DNA of 57,237 bases, the filler included, from Catajapyx aquilonaris (Eukaryota), in assembly GCA_000934665.2 (NCBI GenBank). It is 3 parts of 3 records of this genome, joined end to end, with 100 filler letters (N's around TTAATTAATTAA, not from the genome) between each part and the next. Parts side by side here need not be neighbours in the genome. Positions count along the whole stretch, not along the records: positions 1 to 19,006 come from KZ539555.1; 2 more parts are not named here. One strand, 5' to 3'. Within the stretch, counting starts at the first letter, position 1; each line of letters opens with the position of its first letter. Below the pieces are notes generated by a model. That model saw only the letters and a program-made list of their open reading frames with translations, did not search any database and was not told the origin of the DNA. The position numbers and the translations under genes are program-made. Positions 1 through 12,331 of this stretch are shown here, piece after piece.

Positions 1-1005
1 GCCAGCGGCCCCAGGCCCCCAGCTCCCACTGTTAGATGCAGCGCCCGGCCGGTAGGGGCGCTGCGTGTCAGAAAATTCGAATATGCACGAGGCCTATACG
101 GCCACAGAAGAGCGTCTGATTTCTCCGTCATGTTATTCAAATGGACTTTCCGGAAACTCCATTTTCCTCTACTTCAACTAGCCGTAAAGGTTATTTATAG
201 ACCGAAAATGGGAAGAAGGCGAATAGGTGCCCTGCGCCAGATCATCTACTATTTTTCGATGCAATTTCTGTTCAATTGAGGCCACACGGCCACGGATTAA
301 GTGTAGACATGTCCAATCCTGCTATGCTCCATGCACAAGTTTTTTGTGGTCGTAGCCATGGGCCATGATTGTTGTGGGAGAGATGCGGGGCTAAATGCGA
401 GTCTATTAGGTTCGAACGTAGGGCGGGAAGTGGGGGAAGGCATCATGGCAATGGGATGGGATTGTTGGAGAGGGGGCAACAAATGCCCAAGAAGGCAAGA
501 GTAGTAGAAGGTCCCACTCAATGTGAATTCCCTATTGACAACTTGTGCCGGGGCCCTTGAAGTGGCCCGGGAAGGAGCATAGAGCCATAGAGCTTCCGAT
601 GGGAGCGGACGCAGCACTGTCGTCGACATAATAAAATTAAAATTAAAATTTTTTAAAATATTAATGTGCATAATTTTTACCTGTTGTTAATGTATACTTC
701 AAACTGGACGTGGTTTTTATTACTACGATACCAATCATAACCAGTGCTTGGACTGGTCCAAGGACTGGCGGGATGCGAACCATCAAGATTCCAGGAACCT
801 GTTCGAACGAAGTTCGAACAGGGTCGACGGACCGGAGAATTTAGGAAGGATTCCGATTTCCGGCAAGATTCCGGTCACATCGGTCCGCTACCGGTGCTTT
901 AGGTGCTTTTACTGAATCCACGGAGCTGAATCATCAGTCTATCTTGCTATATGCCTAGACACCGTTGCTTTTGTAGCGGTTTCTAGGCATCAAAGGAATG
1001 TCTTG

Positions 1006-1073
1006 TGTTGTACTGTACCGGGCTGCCACAATGCCAAGAAGAAATGCCCACAGCTGTCATTTTGTCGATATGG
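1006..1073 (+). pseudogene. THAP zinc-finger N-terminal fragment (probable DNA-transposon remnant)
   Basis: Frame from 1006 reads CCTVPGCHNAKKKCPQLSFCRY, resembling the THAP start CCVPGCxN...LSFHRFP. No intact continuation seen. Confidence 0.45.
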
Positions 1074-1394
1074 ATGAAAGGAAAATGTAAAACCTGGTGT
1101 TGCTTTTATTAATAAATTGTTGGGGTCGATCAATATAAAAGGAACGAGAAACCCCCCATTTATAAATAAAAATTACCGTATTGAGCAAGGTAACTACGGT
1201 AATGATGTCACTACTCCCCCCTGCGGCCCTGCCCTGTCTTTTGTTTTATGCGACGCCAGCGCTGCGGTAGCTCCTATCCGAACTAAACGGGTCGGTCCAG
1301 GTCGGTCACAGTTTCCTTGTCTAGTGGACCGTTCTCTTATACTCTACTGTTCTTGAAATGCCTTCTATTTGTTATATCCTGCCATATAATAAAA

Positions 1395-1438
<44 letters not shown>
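1395..1438. repeat. (TAT)n microsatellite
   Basis: Perfect tattattat run. Confidence 0.95.
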
Positions 1439-1441
<3 letters not shown>

Positions 1442-1492
1442 CCTGCCATATGCGACCAGTTGCCAGGCAACGGAGGTAGTTGTTGTCTTGTT

Positions 1493-1735
1493 CAGGGTCC
1501 CCTACATGGTTGCCTCCCCCACCCTAACCAGGGTATTGTCTTCACGTAGTCCTTATGCAATCTAGATCCAATATGGCCGCCCCATGCTGCAGGATAGGGA
1601 ATCGGCAAACGATTGGTTTTTGTTTTTTTCAATTGTTTTTTTTCACTGCATGTAGCTCCTATGTGATTTAGATCCAATATGGCGGAGAGACAATACCCTG
1701 TCTAGGTGGGGGAGGCACTCATGTAGGTGACCCTG
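1493..1735. mobile_element. hAT-type MITE
   Basis: ~50-bp imperfect TIRs (cagggtcccctacatg... / ...catgtaggtgaccctg) and 8-bp TSD gtcttgtt at 1485-1492 and 1736-1743. Confidence 0.8.
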
Positions 1736-2249
1736 GTCTTGTTATGTAGGAACCAGACTGAGCAGTTGGTCTGTTCTGTAGCTCGGATCCAATAGTACAA
1801 CACACCAGTTTGTTCACAATCCGAGTACCTTATTACCAACCACCCAATGCACAACATATTGTTACCCAAACAATCGGTAGGCTCATTTCGACAGCTAGAG
1901 CTGCAGAGCCATCTGCATTACCGTATTTTTGCTACTGCGCCCCACCATCACAGGGCACAGGCGTAGAAACAAGCAAGTGAAGCGAGCGGCTTTGTAGGCC
2001 TGCGCCCTAGAAAAATTTGAGCGAAGCGAGGGCTTTTCTAGTTTGACCTTAAAAAGGTGTCATATTGATTTTTCCTATATAATCATAAGGATCATACAGT
2101 CATGGGTGGAATTAAATTTGTTGGAATGATACCATGAGCCCCTGGTTATCTGCAGTTTGAAAATATGAAACATCAAATGTTAGCAACTGCATACTCAGAA
2201 CTGACTCCCACAAAATTTAAATTATTCTGTGGTCAGTAAAAATCCATAC

Positions 2250-2362
2250 CATGTGGTATCTTATCTACGGAAGTCCTCTTCCGTACCCTCTTCTTCTTAT
2301 CCCAGAATTCCTCTACGTTGAGGCCAGGTAACCCGTTGATCTTTTCCTCGAAGTGGAAGTCC
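2250..2362 (-). CDS. Internal exon (113 nt) of an unidentified minus-strand gene: DFHFEEKINGLPGLNVEEFWDKKKRVRKRTSVDKIPH
   Basis: Acceptor ttttag and donor gtatgg on the minus strand; joins in frame to the exon at 2438-2497 across a 75-nt intron. Confidence 0.6.
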
Positions 2363-2437
2363 CTAAAATGCATGAAAGTGTCATATAAGCAAATCACGAT
2401 CACGCTGGTTTTTAAAATAGAAAATGTAATCACTTAC

Positions 2438-2497
2438 ACATGACGAGATATCCGTTTGTCCGAGTCACCATCCTCCTTGGCTTTCTTCCTGCATGGG
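2438..2497 (-). CDS. Internal exon (60 nt) of the same unidentified gene: PCRKKAKEDGDSDKRISRHV
   Basis: Strong acceptor ttttcttctcttacag and donor gtaagt; phase-2 junction GT|G continues the frame into 2250-2362. Confidence 0.6.
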
Positions 2498-2664
2498 CTG
2501 TAAGAGAAGAAAATGATCACTACTAGCCAGATCACACCACAAGACATAAAATGTCCATACTAAATCATGCATATCATTATAAAAATACAGCAATGAAATG
2601 GAAAAACCAAATTGGCCAAGTCGTGTCAAATCTGCTCTAATGTAGGAAAGTAATGTCTGAACAA

Positions 2665-2926
2665 AGTGGGCGGCACGGTGGCAGAGTGGTTAGCGCCACA
2701 GCCTTCCACCTCTAAGCTCCGGAGTTCGATCCCCGGATCGGACAGAGGATACTTATGTGGATAGAGTTTCGATGGGTTCTCTCCGTATTCGCGTGGGTTT
2801 TCTCAGGGTTCTCTCGTTTCCTCCCGCAATCAAAATCTATCACATCAAAGGCAATGATAAAAGTCGGTCAATTAAAAGATGATCCCCTAAGAAGCCCAAG
2901 GAGGCTTATCATGGGGTATCCATTAT
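2665..2926 (+). mobile_element. tRNA-derived SINE with V-SINE-like core
   Basis: A box tggcagagtggtt, B box gagttcgatcc, core gttctctccgtattcgcgtgggttttctcagggttctctcgtttcctccc, att tail, 14-bp TSD taatgtctgaacaa (2651-2664, 2927-2940). Confidence 0.8.
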
Positions 2927-4759
2927 TAATGTCTGAACAATAATAAAAATTGCTTTGGTAGGTTCAATTGAGATGGGTTTCATACCAGGCAGGTACTCAA
3001 GTCAAGTGTTCACCTGCCACCTTTTTGTGTCTATTCAGTCAGCTTCGAATGGTTATGGAAGAAAGGTCACTGCATTTCCAAATTCAGGCTCATCCGGATT
3101 TTAAGATGTGCATAAAATACCTCTGGCTATGTACTACTTACTCTCATGTAGCAATTTGAATGTGACCTTGAAATGTCGGTGCCAGGCACTCCTTTGTTGA
3201 GGCCTCCATCACGCATATTTGTCACATCAGTGATTTGATTTCAAAGACGAAAAGTAACGGACTTCACAATATTTCACTTCAAATCCCACACTAAACAAAA
3301 GACTTGACTCCCCAGTTATTGACTCACTTCGTTTCAATTCCACATAATGCCACATTTGTCAGGGTAGCAGCATGCTGCCCCAACAAAAGGTGCAATTATG
3401 TGCACTTAAAACAAAGTGAATCTATAACTGGGGAATCTAGTTGTTCGTTTGATGTGTCATTCGAAGTGAAATTCGCTACTTTCTGTCTTAAAAATAGGAG
3501 GAAAGTCATAACCCCATCTTGACAAATACCATTGTCCAAGCATTCAAGCGTTTGGCCACACTGTGAAATGTGATAATATGAATTCAACAGCGAACCTAAA
3601 TGTTTACACCAAGCTTTGATTTAGAAGATCCTTCATAACGTTCTAGTATTAAAATCCCAGTAAAAACTAGATGCCACTAGGTCTAATAAAATGCCCCCAT
3701 CTCATGGCACCACTCTTCTTGACCCTTTCTTTCTGGATTCTGCTGGGACAAAGCATCCAACCTTCATGCTGATCACATGTGAGCAGGTGAAACACCTTCC
3801 TTTACCACGTGTGATCTAAATCTCCAATTCCTTAGCCTCATTGCACTTTGGCAGTTGCTTGTCCTACACTGGTTTTCTATTCTTTTGATGGAGGTTTCCT
3901 GATGGAAAGGTGCACAACAGACCCAGTGTATACTAAATATCCTTTTCCTAAACCAGAATGCCCACAATCCATCTGAGATATATTTCTGAAAACCAGACAC
4001 CCTTGGCTGTGAGGCTGCTATGTGTGGAATAATATGGTGGAAGAAATGCTAGCAAAAATGGCAATAAGTTTCTTATCACAGTGCCATAATGCACTTAACC
4101 TTAATCACGGTTTTTTACCCTGCAATATCTACATCAGTTTCATGTTATTGGGATGAAGATAGCACAGTCAAGCATTGAATTTTAAGGCAGCTGTCCTCCA
4201 AATAATAATTAGCATGTAGCATTCTAGTAAGTATAGCTGTATTTATATCTAACAATAAGGTTACAGAAAATTACAATTCCTTCTTATTTCCAACCGCATA
4301 TTTCCAACACCTCCACATCTGATGGGGGTAACGTTCTGGGCACCCATGACGGCATAGCAGTCACATCAATTCAGAACTAATTAATTGAGAGGAAATGAGA
4401 CAAACAAAAGCCATCATAAAGGTCTCCCATATCATTATAAAAATACAGCAAAGACAGTTTTACAAAATCAAAATTAACTCGAATGACAGTCAATTTCAAT
4501 GAGACTGCTTGTTGTTATCACAGCTTGTAATGAAAGGGTATCGCTCTCCATCGTCTTCAAATGAGCTTGTGATTCATGAAGACACAAGGTCATGGGTACA
4601 AAGCCAGTCCCTCTCAACCATCAAAAGCTGACATCCCTTAATTTTGTTCAGTGCAAAAATATTCCATGTGGAATATTAAAAAGGGTATCAGGCAGGAGTT
4701 AGTCTGGTTCACGAGATAGTGGAAGAAGGTGCCGTCTTGACTGTTTCCTTTCTGCATAA

Positions 4760-5815
4760 AATATCTGTTGTGATGCTACAACCTGCCATGCCAGAATTCA
4801 GTACCATTTACTTTAAAGAAACATGATTTCAAACTCGTTGGGTACAGACCTTGAACTCCAAGCTATACATTCAAAACTGGTTCTGTGTCCTGAACCCTGA
4901 TTATGCAATATTCCTGGGCAGAGAAAACACAAGCTGTCACTAACCTTGGCTGACCTCCCAAGTACACCTCTGAAAAGGCCACTGTAAATTATGGCATAGC
5001 AATACTCTGGATTGGACGATTGGTGCAAAGCCTATCTTCGATTCCATATGAATAAATCAATGAGGCATATTGCTAAACTTTTATCTCATTTAGGTGGTGC
5101 TTGCTTGGAATGCAAACATGAGTCATCATGCAAGTCCATCCTGAACTACCTTAATTATCAGCTCCTGACTTTCCCTTTTGCAAAATCAAGAAATGTAAAT
5201 TAAGTTCAATATTTTCTGCTAAGAATTATAGGATCTAGCATTTTAAGAGTCAACAAAACAATCATCAGCGCATATATGTGACTTCAGCATTCGAGCACTC
5301 TCGGTATACTGACAGTTCAAGCTGTGATATAACAAGCTCAGGTTCACAGCACTTTGCCAGAAAGGGTGGGAGTGCACGTGGGGATGGGTCTGAGTACTAG
5401 TGTGCATGCACTCAACCAAGGTCCAATGCAAATTGAGCAAGATGTAAGCACAAATAGGCAACTACTGAATGTTCTCCTAATACTCTCTGATTCGCATAAG
5501 TCTGAACCTTTTTGGGTATACATACGCCCGAGGGGGTGAGCCGCCGCAAAATTAGTCCTCGGTATCACTGGCTTTCTCGAAGAAACAGTGCTGGTTCATG
5601 TAATTTGAATGCCTAATTATCATGGGCAGCCCATGCGGTAGCTGCAGCGCTCACAAACTGCACATTTTGTTGTGAGAAGTGGTAGGGCCCGGCATGGTGG
5701 GCACTACTTTCGGCGTATGGACATCCAATAAAGGTTCACACTTATGCGATTCGGAGATTATTGGAAGCCATACTATTGTTACTTTCTACCACACAGTCTA
5801 CCATATTTCTTGACA
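4760..5815 (+). pseudogene. Decayed USP-like (C19 ubiquitin-specific protease) coding remnant
   Basis: Motifs appear in USP order across frameshifts and stops: TTCHA/NSV (4778-4803), CLECKHES (5102), GDGSEY*CAC (5380), PNTL (5476), VVRSG..GGHY (to 5707), LCDSEI (~5745). Recognised by eye only. Confidence 0.4.
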
Positions 5816-6483
5816 TAAAAGTCAGTAGCAAGATTATTAGCATACAGTACGACAGGCAACTTGGAAAGTGGTTCACTGGATTGTCAGCACAATCTTCCTA
5901 CGTAATTCTTATTTTTATCCTCTTACACCAGGGCTATTCAACTAGTATATTACAAGTTCCAGGATTTATCTTTCCGAGGCCAATGAAGCCCCCCCCCCTC
6001 CCTCCCCCCCAAAAAAACCACAACAACAAGTCAACAACTTCACGTAAGACTTCAGTGAGAAAAGTTGAACTTTTCGTCTGCAACCAACTTCGCGAAATCT
6101 GGTGTGCGCGAAGTTGTGACAATTTTCAAGCAGGCTTCCAATGGTCTTGTGACTGATAGCTTCGGTAATTATTCTTTTTGATCCTGTCCTCTGCGTCCAC
6201 TTTCTTCCTATTCTTCACGGGTGCCCCAAACTACCCTTTCGACTCACACCACACAAGAACTGATCACTTGGAAAACCAGCGACTATCCGCACCAAGACCT
6301 CTGAGAAGTCCCAATGTAGAACCAAGAATGACATAAAGGAAATGTGGCTGATAGTTTCCATCCTTTCCCAGTAGTGGGCCAGTAAATTGATCACCTTTCC
6401 TACGAACGACGGGGGGTCCGTTCAAGTAGGAGTAATTTCTTGGAAGTGAAAACATGTACAGAAAGGGTCAAGGGCCTATCTTA

Positions 6484-6653
6484 GGGTGGTATCCACTGCT
6501 CAATATCAAGGGGTTTCAACCCGTTCAACCCCTTGAATCAACCCTTTGAGGGGCCTGAACCAAGTAGAGCATGGCCTTACTTGATTCAACCCATTGAATT
6601 CAAGGGGTTGAACCAGTTGAAACCCCTTGATATTGAGCAGTGGATACCAGCCT
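6484..6653. mobile_element. PIF/Harbinger-like palindromic MITE
   Basis: ~55-bp inverted arms (gggtggtatccactgctcaatatcaagggg / ccccttgatattgagcagtggataccagcc), TTA-like flanks. Confidence 0.7.
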
Positions 6654-6706
6654 TTAGGCAGGACAGGTTGAAACATTTTTCCATTTGGGATATGACTGTA
6701 GTTGTA

Positions 6707-7435
6707 CAAGGTGGGGCAAAAGTCATGAGCAGATAAAAACGACTCAGCATGGCGTAAGTAACAAATGATTATATATTTTTTAAATTACACTACACCGAGA
6801 AAGATATGCCATTTATGGATCAAGGTCCAAAAAAGTCTCTTCTTGATCTGAAATTACAGCTTCGTATTTCTTTGAGGACGCTCGCGGTCGTGCTGTCACC
6901 GTGAATGGAGATCGCTACGTCCAGATGTTGCAAGAGTTCTTCCTTCCTGAGATGGCCAATCGAGAGCAGATATGGTTCCAACCAGATGGGGCAACATCTC
7001 ATACAGCCCATCAGTCCATGGCTGTCTTGCGACAGGTGTGTCCCGGGCAGGTCATTTTGAGATTTGGGGACATTCCATGGCTGCCGCAATTGACCAACCC
7101 CGACTTCTTGTGGGGGTACCTGAAGAATTTAGTGTTCGCCACACGTCCTCAGTCATTGGCTGAGCTTAAGGATCAGATAAGACACGCCGTGAGAAACATT
7201 CCCCTGGACATGTTGGAGAGCGTTGTGAAGGGTTTCGTCCAGCGCTTGGCGGAATATGTGTTGCCTGCAAAGGTGGACATCTATCTGGTGTTGTTTTCAA
7301 GCAGTGACTTTTTTGGACCTTGAGCCATAAATGGTATATCTTTCTCTGTGCAGTGTAATGTTTTTTAAAGATAATCATTCGTTATTTACGCCATGCTGCG
7401 TAGTTTCTATCCGCCCTGACTTTTGCCCCGCCCTG
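6707..7435 (+). mobile_element. Internally deleted Tc1/mariner-superfamily element (rosa/DD41D-like transposase C-terminus)
   Basis: TA flanks, ~130-bp imperfect TIRs (caaggtggggcaaaagtca / tgacttttgccccgccctg); ORF 6901-7323 contains WFQPDGATSHTA, RFGDIPW and DFLWGYLK. Confidence 0.85.
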
Positions 7436-7874
7436 TATCTTGAGCTATTACTGCAAGTAATCACCATGACGATATAAGCACTTTTCAAATCATGGTACTA
7501 GATTTTGTAAGCTTATGTTCAGCACACTTGCTGCCAGGCCAAGTCTTTCAATTCTTGACACTCCTAGGCACTTGCCTGCCAAAAATTTCTGGTGGCAGTG
7601 AAGTTTTACTTTGATTTTTTGAATATTTTTTAAATTAATTAATTTATTTATTTTACCCCATGCTGGGCCCACATGGCCCTTTAGGGGGACCTCCTCCCCC
7701 TACATTTTTAATATAAAATGTACATAAAACTCCCGCTCTATACGGCATGCCCTGCATTATACCAATATGCTGGTATAGCCACCAGATGCAGACTTTCTAA
7801 AATCTCGTCACCCCTTTTTAGTGGCATGTTGCTATTTCTGCGGCAATATAGTGATAATAAGTCAAGAATTAAAC

Positions 7875-8200
7875 GGGAAGTGTGGTGGCCGAGATGGTAA
7901 CATCTCGGCTTGCTGAGTGAAAGATCCCAGGTTCGATCCCGTCCTGGGAGCTCCCTTTCACCTACATCAGGTGGTCTCTGACCTGCACCTTGGAGGTGTC
8001 TGGCAATCTAACCTCCTGGGGGACTGCACATGACCTGTTTACTGCCATTGCACCCATGTCCCCTTCCCAAAAATCAGCATCCCTATCCCATGTCCTTTTG
8101 TCCTTGCACCGGTGCTGAATAAAAAATAAGAAAATGCAAGTTTACGGTGGTTCACCACCCCCCTAAAAGAGCTCCATTCTCTCCAATGGAGTAACTTTTT
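7875..8200 (+). mobile_element. tRNA-derived SINE (same family as 16875-17233)
   Basis: A box tggccgagatggt, B box ggttcgatcc; body aligns by eye to 16877-17200. Confidence 0.75.
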
Positions 8201-10223
8201 TTTAAAAAAAGGCAAGAAATAAATAAATTCAGTCGACTCCGCATATAACAGACTGAAATGGACAACAGAAATCTGCCTCCTATAACCAAGGTTTCCTCTA
8301 TCCAAATACACAGGCCATATATGCTAGTATGCCACGACCAGCCTTTCGAGTTGGCTATATCGAAGGGTCTTATAAATTGGAGTCTACTGTAATAGGCTAA
8401 TTGATGAGAGGCTTGTGGTCTATTAGGGGAAAATCATGGGTGGAAGGCTGTGGCACTAACCACCATGGCATCCATATAGTTGTAATAATAAGGCACATTC
8501 TGAGGTAATATACATATACTGAAACCTAGTTATTTTTCCAGCATTTTTCAGGCAGTATTCCTCTCCCACTGGCACGTCAACATGCTCTTTGTGAAACTTT
8601 ATCAGTGGCCACAATTTATAAATATCTGTTACAGTTGTTATTTTGCATGGGAATTAGTAGTAGTTAGGACAATGGCCTGTGAATCCTCTGTACCCATACA
8701 AAGAGTGTCTCCTTATAGTTATTGCAAATTTCACCAGAAGTTGTTCTTTTCGTCGAGCTTTTTGCTCTCCAATCCAGGTGCCCAATTATACAGCAGCTGC
8801 TAGATTTGACCACACCTGGGAATAATTGGGCACCTCAATCAGGGTGCAAAAAGCTACACAAGAATAGCAACTTCAAGCGAACTTTGCAATAACTAAAAGG
8901 ACGCAAATGCTTTGAACACACTGTAAATAAATAAATAAAGGATGTAAATTATTCTGACAGAATGAAATAGCTTCATTAGTTGCATGACTATCACCATGTT
9001 TCTGCAGCCCTTTAGATTTTCCAGTGGTATAAGTACTGTAACTCAGTACATGCACAACAAGAGAAATCATGTAGTGTCAATTTGGACATAAACGCTAGTG
9101 AAATTCTTAGCTGTGGTAAGTTCTGGGCCATCCTGTGATATCCACGTTATGCTTCTACGGTCACTTGATTCTCGAGGAGTCAAAGTGTGTCACGGTAAAA
9201 TCTGACATCACCTTCAATCTACAAACCATGTAGTCCTGTTCTAGTAGAGAGCAGGATTTTCTCTGAGAAAAATACTTTTCATTCAGAGTCTGATGAAGGA
9301 GAACATATATCCTTGTCTTCGTTCCCCCATCAATATCAACAAGTCTACATGATCCTGTAAATCACTTGCAAATTTTCACAATAAAAGGAGTCCTCCCCTT
9401 TGCCTCATTCTTCAAGGTCTAAGCAGTCAACATGGTGGCACTAGCGTTATGCTGGCTTTACCATTTCCCATCCCTTGAACCAAGCAACATGTAGCCATAT
9501 AAACAGCCAAACCATTGTTTATCTCCTTACTCCAGCAAGTAATCAATTGCAAAACACAAACAGAAAACAATGAGAATGTGTGGAGACAAAGGAGCAAGCC
9601 CTGGAAAGCTACTGTGCCTGGGCAACCTTAGAGGCAGACTGATCTATTTACACAGATATACTGTATAAAAAGGGTGACTCTTTTGACAATAATGAAGCAT
9701 GTAGTATACTTTTAACATATCATTTTTGTCCTGATACTATAGATGATGTTTCACAAATCCACAGATAGGAAGAAGGGCATAAAACGCCATTTAGAAAGTG
9801 GAACCTACTCTGCGGAAATTCACAAATTCCGTATTTTCTCAGCAGGCAAAGGCCGAGCAGGACCAGATTTCAAAAGTCAAACCAAATGGACTTTGGGTGA
9901 ATGGGAAGCTGGTAAGGAGCTCGCAGAAAAGGGGTCACAACTGTTTATCAGAATGCGCTTCCTTGGAGATGGGCTTGCTATGATCCTGCAATTCTGCCCA
10001 CAATCCCCTGTCACTCATTTCCCACCTGCTTCCTATTTGCTGAATTTGTGAAAAAGCCTGTCAAAGATGGTCGAAGTGATGATGATGTATTTTGGTGTTG
10101 TTCATCATGATTTTTAAAGTTTAGCCATATCCAGTTTTCCCATCATAGGCTTTGACAATTGACTCTGGCAAAATTAACAGTTGTTGCTTCACAGGTTCTG
10201 CAGGTGATGTGCTTAATGGGTAC

Positions 10224-10348
10224 TATGGGCCTCAAATTGTTTTGGCCACTTTATCCTGGTCTTGAAGCACCCCTTCGCACAGGCCCCACACCCTGGATAT
10301 GGGCTGAAGGGTTGCTTCAAGACCAGGATCAAGTAGCCAAAACAATTT
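10224..10348. repeat. Short foldback element / MITE
   Basis: ~50-bp inverted arms ctcaaattgttttggccact..atcctggtcttgaagca / tgcttcaagaccaggat..agtagccaaaacaatttgag. Confidence 0.75.
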
Positions 10349-10622
10349 GAGCCCCATAATACATAAAAGGATGCAGTGGGTTTCCATCGTAATGAGTTTT
10401 ATGTGTGATCCTATCTCCATTTCTGGAATATGTAATTGCATTGCACGTTTCTTTTGATGGTGCTTTATCTGCAAGGCCTAAAGAGTAACTACAAATAGTG
10501 CACTGGGACCTGTTACTAACGGTCAAGGACACATTTGTGGTAGGCCTACCTAAGCTAGAATAATCATCAACCTTGCGACTAAAATGCAGTCCTTAATTCT
10601 TGGCTCAGATTATCCTTGTCGT

Positions 10623-10951
10623 CACACACACACATAGCCTTGTCTTCACTAAGGCGTGGGGACGTGAAAATTCAACTTTTCGAAGCGAGTGTAAACTAAC
10701 CTAACCTACCCTACCCTAACTAACCTAGGCTGAGAAAAATTGACTTTTGTGAAACCCTACAACTGAAAATAGTGGGGACATGTCCCCACTAATTTACACA
10801 TGTCCCCACTAATAGTACACAGTGTGTGTGAAACACTGTGGGGACCGAGAAATGTCCCCACAATGCGGACTAGTCCCCACAGCTTCAGTAGAAACCCAGA
10901 CCTACGTCCCCACACCTTATTGAAGACATAAACACCCACACCCACACACAC
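10623..10951 (+). mobile_element. Non-autonomous TIR element in a (CA)n tract, with gtggggac/gtccccac motifs and a cctaa array
   Basis: TIR tgtcttcactaaggcgtggggacgt / acgtccccacaccttattgaagaca; CA repeats on both sides; related copies at ~35976-36318 and 57040-57237. Confidence 0.7.
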
Positions 10952-12104
10952 AAGAAATCCAAATTTTATGTGTGCAATTCCCTTATGGCAGAAGCAAATG
11001 TCCTAACCATGTCTGTGCATATTGTATCATGATATTTCATCTTGGGCAGATTCTACTCACAAGAAATGTAACACCATCCATTTCAAGCTATAAGATACCT
11101 GGAGAGATGTCCAGGAGCATTATTTGGTCCTATTCCAGTTGCTGCGTCCTTAGTGATTAGGAATTTTTTAATCTCAGCTGCTTATTTTTTCAGCACATTC
11201 TTTTGACATACTGTAGTTACTTTTTAACAGTCATCAAAAAGAGGCAGAAATGAATCCAAGCTGTAAACTGCAATTGCCAATAGTGAATAGTGCATTGGAA
11301 CCATTGGCATCGAATGACAAGGTTAGATCTGATTTTTGCAGATCCACACCACCAAACATTAGCAGCTAATACTTTTGATAACCATTACAGCACCTATTCT
11401 AAAGTATCAGCTTCAAAATAAGCAGCTTAGGAATTTTTAAAAATCTAACCACTAAGTACATTTCAATTGGAACACCCTGCATAGCCATTAAGGGCCAGTC
11501 ACATGAATGCAAAGTTAGAAAAAAATTCCTATTTATTCACTAGATCCCTGCACTGATCCTGCTTTGGTCAGCAGCACATCCTAGTGCTGTTTCCAAAAGG
11601 AATGAGCTCACAACAACTAAGGCAATTTTGACCAAAATCTGTGTGTGCGCAACCTGCACAAGCTGAGTTCAGCGACCATGGAAAAATACAGGCCAGTTCT
11701 AATTTTTTTCACTGTTTTCATATGGAAAGCCCTATCCACAACATTACTGGGCCTGATTTTCAGGCAGAAAGCAAGTGTTCACAGCAGTACCATGTCCATT
11801 TTCCAGGAGACCAGAGGAGCTTTCCAGACTCTACTCTTACAATAAGATATTAATATTTCCACCAAAATCCCCATTGCTGCACAGCAAATAGCATGAATGA
11901 ATTATTAGATAACTGTTCCCATTGGAGAACAATAGCTGTAAAAAAATTAGGGAGTGCATCCAGTTTGACAACGAGGAGTCAGGAATGTGATGAATTCAAA
12001 ATGGAATGAGGCCTTGTAGTACTGGATGTGTACCATGGTAATAGAAGTTATCCCTGAATTCACTATGCATTCTTCACTGTGGACTGTGGAGATATTGGCA
12101 TCAC

Positions 12105-12331
12105 TACTACTACTACTACTGTTGTTATTGTTATCAATAATGGTAGAGTACAGATCTGCATACAAGTGGATGATAATAATAGTAATAATAATAACACCAC
12201 CACCACCAAGAAGAAGAAGAAGAATAAGAATAATAAAATAATAATAATAATCATAATAATCATAATCATAATCATAATAATTATAATAATCATAATCATA
12301 ATCATAATAATAATCATAATAATAATAATAA
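12105..12331. repeat. Compound trinucleotide microsatellite (CTA/AAT/ACC/AAG/ATC)
   Basis: Direct inspection. Confidence 0.9.

Noticed and set aside
7875..7950. tRNA-like A/B box sequences (also 2668, 16877, 27686, 53480)
   Set aside because: No full cloverleaf; they are SINE heads with bodies, tails and in most copies TSDs.
9080..10060. Possible further exons (minus-strand open stretch ~9165-9355; ORF 9743-10051)
   Set aside because: No consistent donor/acceptor pairs or recognisable homology.
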